Translations under genes and position numbers: made by a program
Notes under the pieces: generated by a model
What the model saw: the letters and a program-made list of their open reading frames with translations, nothing else
What the model was told of the DNA's origin: nothing
The model's database searches: none
Assembly: GCF_006345805.1 (NCBI RefSeq)
Contig: NC_043010.1
Coordinates: forward strand, 13,330,001 to 13,394,000
Source: Octopus sinensis
Taxonomy: Eukaryota
DNA: 64,000 nucleotides
Direction: 5' to 3'
In this document: positions 25,466 to 40,589 of the stretch, piece after piece
Position numbering within the stretch: position 1 is the first letter of the stretch
Layout: each line of letters begins with the position of its first letter

Positions 25466-26311
25466 TATATGCGTATATGCATATGTATGAAATATATTTA
25501 GTTCTGCTCACAGGCTATGTAATTAGGACTTGAATAGAAATTAGATAGAGAAATTTTAAAAAATAGGAAGGAATTTCTAAAAATTTCGCTGAACCCAATC
25601 ATAAAAATTATCTTGGCTACATGAAGCAAATTTGACACAGATTACAAGAAAACTGCTGCCAGCAAACCTAGCCAGAAGCAGGAGTTCTCCCTAAGTCACT
25701 GCACTTCGCATTGAGCAACATATTATTACTAAAGCAGTATGTGTGAACCTCATTATTCCCTTGTTAAGGGGTAAAGACATTGACGAAAATCAATTCAGTT
25801 GAATACGATAGCTGGGAAAGCAGCAGATCTATGAAGCACTGACACACCAATCCTGCTCAGTCAGCAGGTCACATCAGAGAACAACACATTTTTATTGAAA
25901 ACATGCCAAGATATTGAAGAGAGAGAGAAAGAGAGAGAGAGAGAGGATATTTGAGGATTTACAATCTACAGCTAGTTGGTTTCTCTATCCATTTTCATAA
26001 ACGCAAAACAAATTAATTCTGATTCTAATTACAAAGCATTTGAAGTCAAGGTTGTGAGACCAAATTCAGAGAAAGCAGGAAAAAAAAAAAAACGTAATAA
26101 TAGATAAAAATGAAAATAAAAAAAAAACATATAATTTCTTATATATTCATATATTTTAAAAAATTGTCTTCCCTTTTGTCAATACTATTGAATTATAGAA
26201 GAAGAGGGAGAAATATGCATGTACATATATATGTGGTGAGCGTGTTGTGTATATGTGTATATATTATATGTGTATATATATGCATGTATATATATATATA
26301 TATATATAATA

Positions 26312-26357
<46 letters not shown>

Positions 26358-27046
26358 AAAGAAGATGAGGAAGAAAAGGCCTTTAATCTCTTCTGCAAAC
26401 TGCAATATACAAACATACATAAATATACCAATACCAAAAGATATTAAATCAAATGCTAAAAAAAAAAAATGAAAGAGGCTAAGCAAATCATTTTGACCAC
26501 ATTTAAAGAAAACTTCCGATGTACTACCAGCCATTAGTACCGTTTTTTTTTTGTTTTTTTTTTTTGCTTTTTATTTTCTTTATTTTTCTTTTCTGTTATT
26601 TTTGTTTCTGAAGGTATGGTGGTGGTGGTGGGGGAGATATTGAAAAAAAAATTTCAAAAAAAAATAAATAAAAATTCACTGCCCTCCACCTTCTTCTCTT
26701 CCTCCTCCTCCTCTCCTTCTCTTCACATCCTCCTCCTCCTTCTCGTCCTCCTCCTCCTCCTCTTGCAATGTATTCTAATTCATTAGTATCAGAGAAGGAT
26801 AACTATAACTACAACTACTCCAACCAGGGATAAAACTGTTGCTTTGATGCAACCAATACCACTTACAGAGAGAGAAATGCTTTCTCTTGTTAGGTTTTTA
26901 AAGCAGCTTGGGTTGATGAAGAATATAATGATATAATGTAATATATACACGTACATAGGTATAGATATACTTAGATAGATAGGTAGATAGATAGATAGAT
27001 AGATAGGTAGATAGATAGACATGCATATATATATATATAGATATGC

Positions 27047-27097
<51 letters not shown>

Positions 27098-27137
27098 CAT
27101 GTACCTATAGATAGATATGCAGAAACACATTCACATG

Positions 27138-27171
<34 letters not shown>

Positions 27172-27325
27172 GCATAGATACAGATATACTTACATATATG
27201 ATATAGATCGATAGATAAATGTAGTATAGATAAATATACGCCATATATATATATTCATACATACACCTTATAGTTAGTTACTCACAAACACACTTCACAC
27301 ATTTTAGACGTATATATATATATAG

Positions 27326-27365
<40 letters not shown>

Positions 27366-27824
27366 TATATATATATATGTATATATATATATAGAAAAAT
27401 AATTTAGAATGAAATGAAAATGAAATAATTAAATGAAATGGGGGTTGGAGGGGGAGAGGAGGGCATAAGTTAAAGAGAAGCAACCTTAGAAAATGTCACT
27501 ATAAGTAATGAGTGCAAATTCACTGATAGACAAAACCTCTTTTGAAAAGACAATAACAAAATTCTGTACAGTGTTCACTTCAGTAATATATTGATTTTTA
27601 GCTGTTCATAGGTGATTCTGGCTACTAACATTTTCAATGAATATCTTGGTGCTGTTAATGGTTGCTGTAGTTATGCAGTGAATGTAATAGGAGGCTATGT
27701 CAATACCGTAATGGAAATTCTCTATCTGCTACATCGTATGTGAGTGTGTGCATGTGTGTGTGTGTGCGTATATATATATATAATATATTATATATATAAT
27801 AGATAGATAGATTGATAGAGAGAG

Positions 27825-27872
<48 letters not shown>

Positions 27873-28179
27873 TATATATATATATATATACATACGTACA
27901 TATATATATATATATACACATATATATATTCAGTATTTTAGGTGTGTATATATATATATATACATCTGTGCATATATATATATATATTTATGTGCGCGTG
28001 CATGTGTCTATATTTATATAATTATATACGCACATATGTATCAACATATACATACATTCATATATTTGATATATGTATACATACATATAGTGCCTCCATT
28101 AAATGCATATACAAACATATACATATATGTGTATATACATAAATGCACACAGATATATATATGTATGTATGTATATATT

Positions 28180-28232
<53 letters not shown>

Positions 28233-28319
28233 GCATATATATTAACAAAGTTACAAACATACTATGCATTCATATCCTTTAATATAAATATGCATATACA
28301 CGCACATGTAAATTCACAG

Positions 28320-28690
28320 ATATATGTATATATGTATGTATATATATATGTATATGTATATATGTATGTATATATATATGTATATGTATATATGTATGTA
28401 TATATATATGTATATGTATATATGTATGTATATATATATGTATATGTATATATGTATGTATATATATATGTATATGTATATATGTATGTATATATTATAT
28501 ATGTATATGTATATATGTAGTCTATATAATGTATCTGTATATTGTATGTATATATATGTATGTATATATGTATGTATATATATGTATATGTATATATGTA
28601 TGTATATATATATGTATATGTATATATGTATGTATATATATATGTATATGTATATATGTATGTATATATATATGTATATGTATATATGTA
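28320..28690. repeat. 24-bp compound minisatellite (TATATGTATATGTATATATGTATG)n
   Basis: Regular 24-bp periodicity with one interruption near 28500-28560. Confidence 0.9.
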
Positions 28691-29486
28691 TATGAATGCA
28701 TGTGTATGTGTTTGGTGTGCTAAACACACATGCATATACATGCACACACACACACACATATAGAAATATACACATAGATATATATATACATAGAGATATA
28801 TATGTATGTATGTATGTATATATATATATGTATATTATATATATATATACACACACATATATATATATGTACATAGATATATATATCATATGTATGTTTT
28901 ATGCATTCATATTTATGTACATAAAGATGTGCATCCATGCGTGCTTGCATGTATACACACACACATCTACATATACACATATTCTACACGCATATTTATA
29001 TTTACACATATAGAAATATATTTATTGTATACGTCTGTGCATTTGAGCATTTAAGTTCTATGCACGTTCATGTAGACATTCATATGCGCGTGTGTGTAAA
29101 GATGTGCACTCACACACACTCACACACATAGACAGACACACACACACAAGTGTGTACATGCATACACACACATGCATATACATACATGCGCATATGCATG
29201 CATGAAGACACACATCTACTAAATTTTAGCATGGTTTTTTTCTAGAGGTCTTGTTGAATAACATCAGGACATGTTATAGTATAGATTTTCTTACTCCTTA
29301 TACCCATAAATATACATACATAAAATATATATATACATATATATATATATACATATATATACATATACTATATACATTATATATATACATATATATATAT
29401 ACATATATATATACACATATATATATACATATATATATACATATATATATACATATATATATACTATATATATACTATATATATAC

Positions 29487-29526
<40 letters not shown>

Positions 29527-29527
29527 C

Positions 29528-29578
<51 letters not shown>

Positions 29579-30050
29579 TACATTCACCTACATACATACA
29601 TACATTTATACATATGTACATACATATATACACATACAGAAGGGGTGAAAAAAATTTTCTACAACGAAGATGCAACCAGACTTCTCTCTCTTTCAATGCA
29701 TTTCTCTTTGTACATCACCCCTTCTCCTTTCATTTACTGCTAGCCCACCCCACTGCTACTAAGCACCCATGACCTACCTACCTATCAACCAACCATCTAC
29801 CCAACAATCAACCACTGCAGCCATTACATTCATTCTTTTTTTTCTTTCTTTCTGTCTTTCTTCCTTTTTTCTTTCTTTCTTTCTTTTTTTTTGTTTTCTT
29901 CTTTTCTCTTTCCTCACTAGTAACAATTTTTTTTCTTTTCACAGCTGATCATCAGGAAGAAAGAGATTCTGAAGGAAAAAATAATACAGGGTGGATGGAT
30001 GGATGGATAGAGAAGGAAAACAATCACACACACATACACATAAAAAAATT

Positions 30051-30100
<50 letters not shown>

Positions 30101-30934
30101 AATGATGATAATAAAAGCAAGCAATGAGAAGAAGAAAAATATGAGGGGAGGGGGAGATGAAGCGAGTTTAAATTCCCAGATAAACAGTTCTACACATCCA
30201 TCTTCAGCCTCCTCACTGACACAGTATAGTAGTAAACAAGGAAACCTTTGATCAGTAAAACATCAGTACTAGATTCCTGCCTTACTACCTACTCCCACTG
30301 CTGCCACCACCACCACCGCCGCCGCCGCCACCGCCACCGCCATCACCATCACCACCATCATAGCTACTACCACAGCTGCTGCTGCCACCACCGACACAAC
30401 CTCCTCCTTGCAGCTTGCCACTACTCTAAAAATCTAAAATAAAATATCCAGTAATATCGATAAATGAAAGGGGTGGGGGAGGAAAAGGGTTGGAGTATTT
30501 TTTTTTTTTGTGTTTTATTTTCTCAATTTTTCCAGGGAGAGAGAGAGAGAAAGAACAAACAGCTTCACCTTTTTTTTTTATTCTTTGTTACTGTTTATTT
30601 TTTATTTTTTATTTTCATTTTCCTTTTGTATTTTTGGCATTTAAAAAAAACAAAAAAAACGTATATTTATTTTTTTATTTATGTATCTTTTAATTTTGTC
30701 TTTCATCTGTTTTGTGTTTTTTTTGGCTTCTTTTATATATATATATGTATATATATGTATATATATATACATACACACACATATATATATTATGCAAATA
30801 TTGTTTTCATGGAAGAGAAACAGAAATTCCATGTTGTAACAGATTCAACCAAATCTCTGTCGATATCCACTTCCCATCTTGTTCAAGCTCACCACCAGCA
30901 CCAGCATCACTACCACCATCATCATCTCCACAAT

Positions 30935-30968
<34 letters not shown>

Positions 30969-31758
30969 CCTCTCTTTCTGTAACCCTCTTTGTATCTTTT
31001 CTTTCACTACCATCTCTCTCCATTTTGGCCACACCATCTTTAGTTGATTTCATTTTCTCTCTCACGTTTCAACACTTGCTGCATCTTCTTTCCATCCATC
31101 CATCCATCCATCCATCCATCCATTCCTAGCAGCATCTTAATGTTATCTTGTCATTGATGCAGATCTATCCATTGTATTTATTTACTTGTCTATCAATCTA
31201 TCATCCATGTATGAACGTGAATGTGTGTATGGGTGCATGCACGTATGTACGTGTATGCACGCGTGCATGTATGCGTATGTGCATATGTGTGTACGTGTAT
31301 GTGCATCCCCTTCTTCACATCCATAGAAACACATGTGTGTGTGTATGTGTGTGTTTGTGTGTGTATACATATTTGTGTATGTATATATATCTATCTATCT
31401 ATCTATATATATATATATATTTATATTTATATTGGTAGGTATTGGTATAGATAAATATAAAGGTGTGTATATAAATATGTATAAAGGTATATATTCACAG
31501 CTACAAACCTCCCCAACACAGGCAATACTCAACACATACAGATACAAATACACAGACACACACACACACACACACACACTCACTCATACAGTAGTGTAGA
31601 ATAGAGTAGAGTAGAGTACAGTACAGTTCGATTTGGAAAGAGAAGCCTAGGATTTTTCACATTAGTATTTCAAATTCCATTGAAGAGAAAATGGCAACAT
31701 TAACAACAAGAGCAAAAACACACAAAAAAATACTTACAAAAAAAAAAATCCTACTTAC

Positions 31759-31854
31759 TTCCACTGTTTCATCCATTGCTATCTGCTGTGACTGAGGATA
31801 GATATCCTGCGCTAGAATCCTACAGTAGCTACTGCCGTATTGTGACAACTGCAT
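31759..31854 (-). CDS. Candidate 5' exon ending in consensus donor; encodes MQLSQ...AMDETVE, or only MDETVE
   Basis: GAA|GTAAGT donor at 31753-31758, phase 0; unique CpG-containing sequence upstream. Confidence 0.35.
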
Positions 31855-32579
31855 TATGTAGATGGGTTTCTGCCGCTTGTGAATAAATGTTAACCTGCTA
31901 CTCCAGCAACTATTCTCTGCCTATACATCTGGTTGTCTGTGCCTAGGTCCGAGTGGTAGTTAGCTTTGGTCTGTGTTCTTGTGGAGCTTGTATCATTGTG
32001 TCTGTGTGTTGGCGAAGCTCATGTGACTGTGTCAGTGCGTGTGTGTGTGAGTGTGTGAGTTTGTATGTGTGTTTGTATGTGTGCTTGTATGTATGTGTGT
32101 CCATGAGCGAGAGAGCATAAGTGCATATGTGTATGAGTGTGTGTATATATACATACATACATATATATATCTGTGTGTGTGTGAGTGTGCGCGCGTGTGT
32201 GTATATATATATGTATATATATATATATATGTATATATATGTGCGTGTGTGTATATATGTATATATGTGTAGGAAAGAATCTATATGTGTTTGGTTATTT
32301 GTGTGCGTATGTGTATGCGTGCGTGTTTGGCTATATGTATATGGTGCGAATATTAGAGAGTAAACTTATGTGATTATATTTTTTTTAATATGTGTATATA
32401 TGTGTGTATATATGTGTATATATGTGTGTATGTCTGTGTATTAATGAGCTCATGTGACTATGTGTTCTAGAAAAAAAAAGCCTATATGATTCTGTCTGCA
32501 CGGTAGAGAGCCTAAGTGCATCTATTGGTGCACTAGTGAAGCCCATGTGTAGATGTAAATATGTTTATATGAGTGTGTA

Positions 32580-32612
<33 letters not shown>

Positions 32613-32888
32613 CTTTTTGTGTATCTGTATGTATGTATTCATGTGTACATGAATGAGCATGTATGCGTGTGCGTGAGTGTGCATGTATGTGCGTGCGTGC
32701 GTGCGTGCGTGTGTGTTAATGAAAAAGCTTTTGTGCTTGTATGATGTTAAGCTTGCAGTGCTGTCAATCTGCACTAGCAAGCTTACATTGCTCTCCCCCT
32801 CTCTCTCTCTCCTTCTTTGCCTCTCTCTCTCTCTCTATTCCTTACTCTCCCTCACACACTCCTTCTGTCACATCATCATCTCTCACTC

Positions 32889-32940
<52 letters not shown>

Positions 32941-33295
32941 TCTTTCTCTCTCTGTTTTTCCTGTGTGTATGTGATATGCTTCAGCAGCTGAGTCCCAGAA
33001 AGCTTGCATCTATGCATCGTTACATGGGAACTTGTTTCTAATGGAGTTTCAATGTGTTTTTCTCTCTTGTACTGATGTAGCTTGAAAAATTATATTATAT
33101 TATAAATACACACACAAACACACCAATACACACAAATATACATACATACATATATATATATACACATGCACATATATATGATTTATATGTGTAGTACCTT
33201 TATCACTCTGGGTCTATTTGTTTGTGGTCATTACAAGTGTGCAGTGCATATTGATGCATAAGTATTCATCCACTGATATATATAATATATATATA

Positions 33296-33344
<49 letters not shown>

Positions 33345-33506
33345 TATATTATATTATATATATATATAATATATATGCAGGCGGCATACAAAGATAGATA
33401 TTATATTAGGTTTTAATTACAATTTAATAGATTAAATGGAAAAGAAAAATTGTGCCTTCATCTTGTGTCTGTAACATCTCTTTAAAGTTAGCCACATATA
33501 ATGCAC

Positions 33507-33537
<31 letters not shown>

Positions 33538-33540
33538 CAT

Positions 33541-33604
<64 letters not shown>

Positions 33605-33613
33605 GTAGATAGG

Positions 33614-33669
<56 letters not shown>

Positions 33670-34731
33670 CACAGATATATTTAGATATAGATATACATAT
33701 ATATATATATATATATATTTTATACACATATGTATATATGTTTGTATGATTGATATATATATATAAACATATATATATGTGTGTGTGTGTATATGAATTA
33801 GTTGGAAAATCTGTTGTATTATCTGGGTGTATATTTGAAAATATGAACTCCTCACTAGATGTGTTTTACATGTGCAACTGTTGTATTGTATGTTAGGGAG
33901 ATCTATACATGTTTGCATACAAGTACCGCAGTCACAAATTGATAGATAGGGTTTTATACATGGCAAGAGAGAGAGAGAAAGAAAGAGATGGAGTGAGAGA
34001 GAGACTAATGTTGTAGTCTTAAACCATATATATAAGGCATTACTAATTCCCATTGAACTATAATGCTACTAATACATACACATACCCCCTACACATATTT
34101 CAACTAGGCTGTTGTTGTTGCTATTGCTTAGCCCCAGAACAACCTTGATTGTGCAGACACATGATCAAAGATATTCCAACCATGACCAGCCTGTCTTTTT
34201 TTTTCCTTTTTCCTGTATGCAACAAACCTAGAACCACATTATACAGTGTGTCCCTTTTTTCGTATCTGAGATGTTCGGATGTGATATGAGATATATGTAG
34301 CTGTTATTTCTAGCAGTGAACAGCCAGGTACAGGCTTCTTCAATGGCTTGAGCTTAACTATGTCAAATACATAGGCACCCATTTATTAAACATATAGGCC
34401 AACATTTATTTCAATGCATCCAACATATCATACAATACAATACAATAAAGGATATCATCAGTCAAAATGGTGTCAAACAAACAGACAGCCGTTCATCAAA
34501 CATACCAGCACACAGTTGGTACAGTATATAGGTACACATATTAAAATCTATCAAACACAATACATATTTTAAAATGTGAAATGCTTGAATTACACATTTA
34601 TCAAACATATATTCACACGTGCTATTTCTGGTATAACCCATACAGATTATGAGGTATATCAGACTCAACACCATACATGCACAATCATATCTATCTACAT
34701 ATCTGTCTATATCTATCAATCTATATGTGTG

Positions 34732-34787
<56 letters not shown>

Positions 34788-34818
34788 TACATATACATAT
34801 ATATATATGTGAGTATAT

Positions 34819-35206
34819 TCTTTTACTCGTTTCAGTCATTTGACTGCGCCCATGCTGGAACACCGTCTTTAATCGAGCAACTCGACCCCGGGACTTATTC
34901 TTTTGTAAGCCCAGTACTTATTCTATCAGTCACTTTTGCCGAACCGCTAAGTGACAGGGATGTAAACACCAGCATCAGTTGTCAAGCAATGCTAGGGGGA
35001 CAAACACAGACACACAAACACACACACACATACATATATATGACAGGCTTCTTTCAGTTTCCGTTTACCAAATCCACTCACAAGGCATTGGTCGGCCCGG
35101 GGCTATAGCAGAAGACACTTGCCCAAGATGCCACGCAGTGGGACTGAACCCAGAACCATGTGGTTGGTTAGCAAGCTACTTACCACACAGCCACTCCTGC
35201 GCCTAT
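34819..35206 (-). mobile_element. Full-length SINE family A
   Basis: ATAGGCGCAGGAGTGGCTGTGTGG head to GAAACGAGTAAAAGA tail; low apparent divergence from the 57-60 kb copies. Confidence 0.92.
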
Positions 35207-35926
35207 ATAATAATAATAATAAACATTGTGTACAGTGCTCAGGTGCACTACAACTAAAATATATATGTGTGTATATGTATATATATATATATATACACAT
35301 ATATACATAGATACATAGATATATATGTGTGTGTGTGTGTGTATAAATATATATATATATATATACATCTGCATATATGTATGTAGGTCTTATGTTTGAT
35401 ATGATTCGATACATACATGCATATATATAAACACATGCATTCACCGACACAGAGACAAAATACACACATATGTACACATACACACATTCCCACATACACA
35501 CTTGTACACATTTATGTAAATTACACAAGCATCTATAAATTCATGTATATCAAACTATGTCAATATATAAAGGTGTTGAGTTTTGAGCAAAGCTTGATGA
35601 CAGGTGTAACTTAACAGGTGCGTTCCATATATACATATACATATATATACATATATATATACACACACACACACATACATACATGCACACACACATACAT
35701 ACACATATCATTATCATCATCGTTCAATCTCCGCTCTCCATGGGTTGGACAGTTTGACTGGGGTCTGGAAAGCCAGCGGCTGCCCCAGGCTCCATTCTGA
35801 TCTGGCAATGTGTCTACAGCTGTTTGAAACACCAACCACTCCAAGAGTGTAGTAGGCGCTTTTTACATGCCACTGGCACAGGAGCCAGTCGAGCAAGCCT
35901 ATGTGCCACCAGCATAGGAGCCAGTC

Positions 35927-35967
<41 letters not shown>

Positions 35968-36044
35968 ATATATATATATATATATACATAATATATATAC
36001 ATATATATATATCATATATATATATGTGCTTATATATGTGTGCT

Positions 36045-36086
<42 letters not shown>

Positions 36087-36279
36087 ATGTGTGTGCATAT
36101 ACACATATATAGACATAAAATATGTATATGCATATATATACATACATACATACATATCTACTACATACATAGATACATATGTACATATAGAGGGTGCAAT
36201 GGGTAAATTGTCGCCATTTTATATTTTTTATTTCATGCATGCACATTGTTTATTTTTGATTTTTTGGGGCAACACAGTA

Positions 36280-37060
36280 TAGTAGGGTCATTTGGGCACC
36301 ATCTGTGAGAAAAACTGCAACATGATGCAATTCACACTGCCAGAAATTTTAGAAACGACATACTGTACTGCTTGGCATTCATGCCAGAAGTTCCAATATG
36401 AGTAGATGGTGAACACACAGAACACCTGTTGGCTTGCTATGTTCCCAAAACATGTACCACGAGTGATAAAAAATCAAACATCCAGTCAACATCATGGTGT
36501 TTGGAGTGATTACTAGTGATAGCAATGTTTTGTCTCCATTCATCTTCCCACATGGCCTCACACTCAACACGGAAGCTTGAATCAAGTGCATGGAGGAGGT
36601 AGTGCTGCCCTCGGTCAAGAGGGTGGCTGCTGGAAGACCCTACGTCTGGCAAGAGGACTCTGCACCATGCCAAAGAAGCAGGAGAACCCAGTCATGGTTG
36701 TCAGACAATTTCTGCAACCACATCAGCCCTAACACCTGGCCACCTAACTCCAGACTGCAACACCTTTGATTATTTTGTGCAGAGCACAGTTGAGTGAGAG
36801 ACCAAAAAAGCTCCTTGTAACACCAAAGTTGAACTGGAAGCAAGGAATAAGGCAGCATTCACCAACTTAAACAAGAAGAGTGGTAAGAGATTCTGAAGTC
36901 ATCTGGAGGCCATGGATGAAGCCAATGGCGATTTTATTGAATAGATTTACTCAGTATTTCAAGATATTTTTATGTAATTTTGGTAAATATATCTTATATA
37001 TAAATGAAATGTCAGTGTTATTTTCATTTTTGTGTAATTTAGATGACAATATATTCACCA
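36280..37060 (+). mobile_element. Internally deleted Tc1/mariner maT (DD37D-type) transposon, subfamily 1
   Basis: Frameshifted remnants KHPVNIMVFGVITSD, RPYVWQEDSAPC...WLSDNFC...WPPNS..CNTFDY, ...EANGDFIE*. Confidence 0.88.
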
Positions 37061-37077
37061 CAATCTGTGTGTGTGTG

Positions 37078-37124
<47 letters not shown>

Positions 37125-37127
<3 letters not shown>

Positions 37128-38200
37128 GGTATTTGAGGACATACCTATTTTGGGTCATTGCTGCATTTTTTGCTAGCCCTGTATAATCATTGCTTCAGAA
37201 AATAATGGTAGACCCTCAGCTAACTCAAGAGATGAAGAGGTATGCTGTTACTGTGGTTATCAAGGCTGAACATAGTGATTTAGAAATATCTCAAGTTTTA
37301 AAAGTTGCCAGATCTTTCGTCTACAAAGTTTGTAAGAAGCTAGAGACTGTAGACAGAAAAGTATCACCAGTATCAAAGCATAAAATGTATTCTAAACACT
37401 CTGAAATCATCAGAACACCTGAATTTATCCATCACGTTCAGCAGGCCATTGATTACAATCCCAGAAAGTCCATGAGATCAATCGCAAAAGATCTCCATGT
37501 ATCAGACGGAACAGTCAGAAATATTGTCCTTGAAGACATCAGATATAAGTGTTATATGATGAGGAAAGGTTAATTTGTCAGAAAAAAAAACAAAATAAAA
37601 TCACTACATCAGTTCTAAAAGGCTCTTAAACAAACTGAAATATCCAGCAGAAGATTTGATTTGGTTTTTCTCAAATGAGAAAAACTTCGACCAAGATCAA
37701 AAAGTTAACAGAAGAAATGATAGATGGTTATGTGCAGACCCTTCAGAAGTTGCAAGTGTTATGCATACAAAATTTCCTGCAACTGTCGTGGTTTTAGGGG
37801 TTGTCAGCAACGAAGGGCATGTGATGCCTTTTTACTTCTTTCCACAAGGCCTTAGAGTTAACTCTGCCGCCTACTTTGAGGTCCTGGAAATAATTGTTAA
37901 GCCCTGGATAGACAGTGTATGCAATGGAAGGCCATATGCGTTTCAGTAAGACTCTGCACTATCACACATGGCTCTAGTAACACAGGAATGGATGGCTGAA
38001 AATTTTCATGATCCCATAACCCCTAACATTTGACCTCCTAATTCTCCAGGTCTCAATCCATTAGACTATTACATGTGGAGCGTTGTTGAGAGAGAGGTCA
38101 ATGAGCATGCTCATAACACCAAAGATTCTTTGAAAGCTGCCATAGTCAGAGTAATGCCCAAAATGAACCAGATCATCTGATTCGAGCATGTAGAGGATTT
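37125..38200 (+). mobile_element. maT (DD37D) transposase pseudogene, subfamily 2
   Basis: TA|CAGGG terminus; HTH region in ORF 37190-37573; WFFSNEKNF...FQ*DSA...PNSPGLNPLDY with 37 residues between the 2nd and 3rd catalytic Asp (counted); several stops and frameshifts. Confidence 0.92.
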
Positions 38201-38221
38201 AGATATACAGATATACATTTA

Positions 38222-38660
38222 GGACTTCATTTGTGCTGAGGTGGATGGGTCTTCTCAAGCTCAGTAACTTCCCAAAAACCTCAATCCTTTCTGTCATGAC
38301 CTCCATGAAACTCAACGTCCTGAAGTCAATCTCCATTACATCATTCCATTCCTTCGTAGCCCTGCCCCCTCTTCCACAACATTTAATGATTAGACATTTA
38401 ATGGTCAGAACCTCTTTATGCAGATATCTTCATCCATACACATCACATGACCATACCAGAATAGTCTTTTCTCTAGCTCACAATTATGCCCAGTTTTTCT
38501 CTCAACACATTGGCATTTCGTCACACATGCACACTGACATTGCACATCCAGCAGAGCTTGCTAACTTCATTTTTATCTAGTTTTTTCATGTCCCCTGTAT
38601 TTACAGCCCATGTTTCACTATTATGAAGTATTGCTCTTCATATACAAGCATCATACAATC
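38222..38660 (-). mobile_element. RTE LINE C-terminal fragment (same family as 61.1-61.6 kb)
   Basis: Minus strand DMKKLDKNEVSKLCWMCNVSVH...VLREKLGI...LFWYGHVMCMDED. Confidence 0.82.
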
Positions 38661-40540
38661 TTTGTCAGCCTGAGGCTATAGCAGAAGACATTTGCTCAAG
38701 GTGCAATGCTGTAGGACTGAACCCAGAACCATGTTGTTGGGAAGTAAACTTCTTACCACACAGCCAGACCTATGCCTAAGGAAAAACGAAGAGCACAGAC
38801 AATGAAGTCTTAAATATATACAAAAAGATGGGATGGTCATGATAGGAATTCCTTTAATCATAGGACTGCTGGATCAAACAGCAACATCAAAGCATTAGAT
38901 CCACTGCTAAGGAGGAGCCCTTATACGGTCATATGATCTACAAGAAATAGCAGCCAAATCTACCTCAATCCACACCCTACCATTTTGAAACCTGAATGAA
39001 CACATCAGATAATGTTGCCCCACATACCATGACTGGAATACCATCAATCACAAGATATACCACGTCTGCATGATCATGACTGACCCGGGGTCAGACAACA
39101 ACTTCAACAGTGACAATCTATCATAGGACCCTATAGTAGTTGACTATAGAAAGAGAAAGTGAATTAACCCTCATTACTAATGAAATATGATAATTCTTGT
39201 GAATAAGAAATTAAAAGAAAATTAAGTTTTAGTTTCAAAGCAACCATAGCTTAATACATTTCTTTCGTATTTTATTAATTGTTCCATAGCAAATGTACTC
39301 TTGATAAATCACAATAAAATTGGGCTTAGAGGGGAAGGAAGGGACTCTCTCATAAAAGTACATAGTTGCTTTCATTAGATTAACAGAGTAACTATTAATG
39401 CCACAGACTTTTTTTTTCCTTTTATAAAGGCATTTTGAGAAAGCAACAAATTTTCTCTTCAATTAACTAATTAGGTGGCAAGCTGGTAAAATCATTAGTA
39501 TGTTGGATTAAAATGCTTAGCAGCATTTTGTCCTGCTCTTTATATTTGTTGTTTTAATCTCACTTAAGTCAACTTTACATTTCATACCTTCAGGGAGGTA
39601 TAATGGATGGCAAAAGTACCTATCAACTATTATCATCATCATCACTTAACGTCTGCTTTCCATGCTGGCATGGGTTGGACGGTTTGATATGGAGCTGGCT
39701 CCAACTGGCTGTTGTAGTATGGTCTCTATGTCTGGATGCTCTTCCTAATTATAATTACTTAACAGAGCATGTTGGGTGCTTTTTACAGGCCACCAGCACA
39801 GGTACGTTTACACAGCACCAGTACAGGTGCATTAATTGAGCCCAATTAGAGAATTGTCAGTGGGGCCCCTCTACTCCACAAAAGCTGAAGATTGAATGTT
39901 TTATGCTTCATGAAGTGTGCCATTCCCAGACAGAAAGTGTTGAGGGTTTGAGGCTCCTCCACAATGATATACTAAAAATTCATCCCAGTGTCCTCCACTT
40001 TAGCAATTTGAACAAATCTGTCTAATTGGCCCAATTTGAACAAATCTGTCTAATTGGCTTAAAACCAGCCCAGGCTATTTATTTTCTAAAACTACTTATA
40101 CTACTACCAATAACAATAATATTGATGATGATGATGATGATGATGATGCTTCTATTGCTGCTACCACAACTACTGTTACTAGTAAAAATGATTAAAAATT
40201 TTAGCACAAGGAAGTAATTTCAGGGGAGGGAATAAGCTGATTATATCAACCTGTAAGCACTCAAAATCTTTTGAGTTCTTAAGGCCTCTATGGATCTTAA
40301 CCTGGAGCCCCTGTCTTGAACCCTGCAATAGACTGGCATCCCACAAAAGTAAATTTTTAACCACTCTCACACTGACACACAAGAATATGTGTTGGGCGCA
40401 ACTAGAATGCTTTTCATCAAAGGTCTGCTTGATCAGGTTAGGACTGAGGCTAAACAACAGTAACAGCAACAAAAGCAACAAAATATATGAATATATAATA
40501 TCTGGATGTATCATAAATATATATGTATAGATGTAAACAT

Positions 40541-40577
<37 letters not shown>

Positions 40578-40589
40578 AATAAAAGGGCA

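Noticed and set aside
27613-27736. Plus-strand open segment VILATNIFNEYLGAVNGCC...MEILYLLH with GTATGT donor, and a strong acceptor at 29944
   Set aside because: No homology recognised; opposite strand to the other candidates; left as unsupported.
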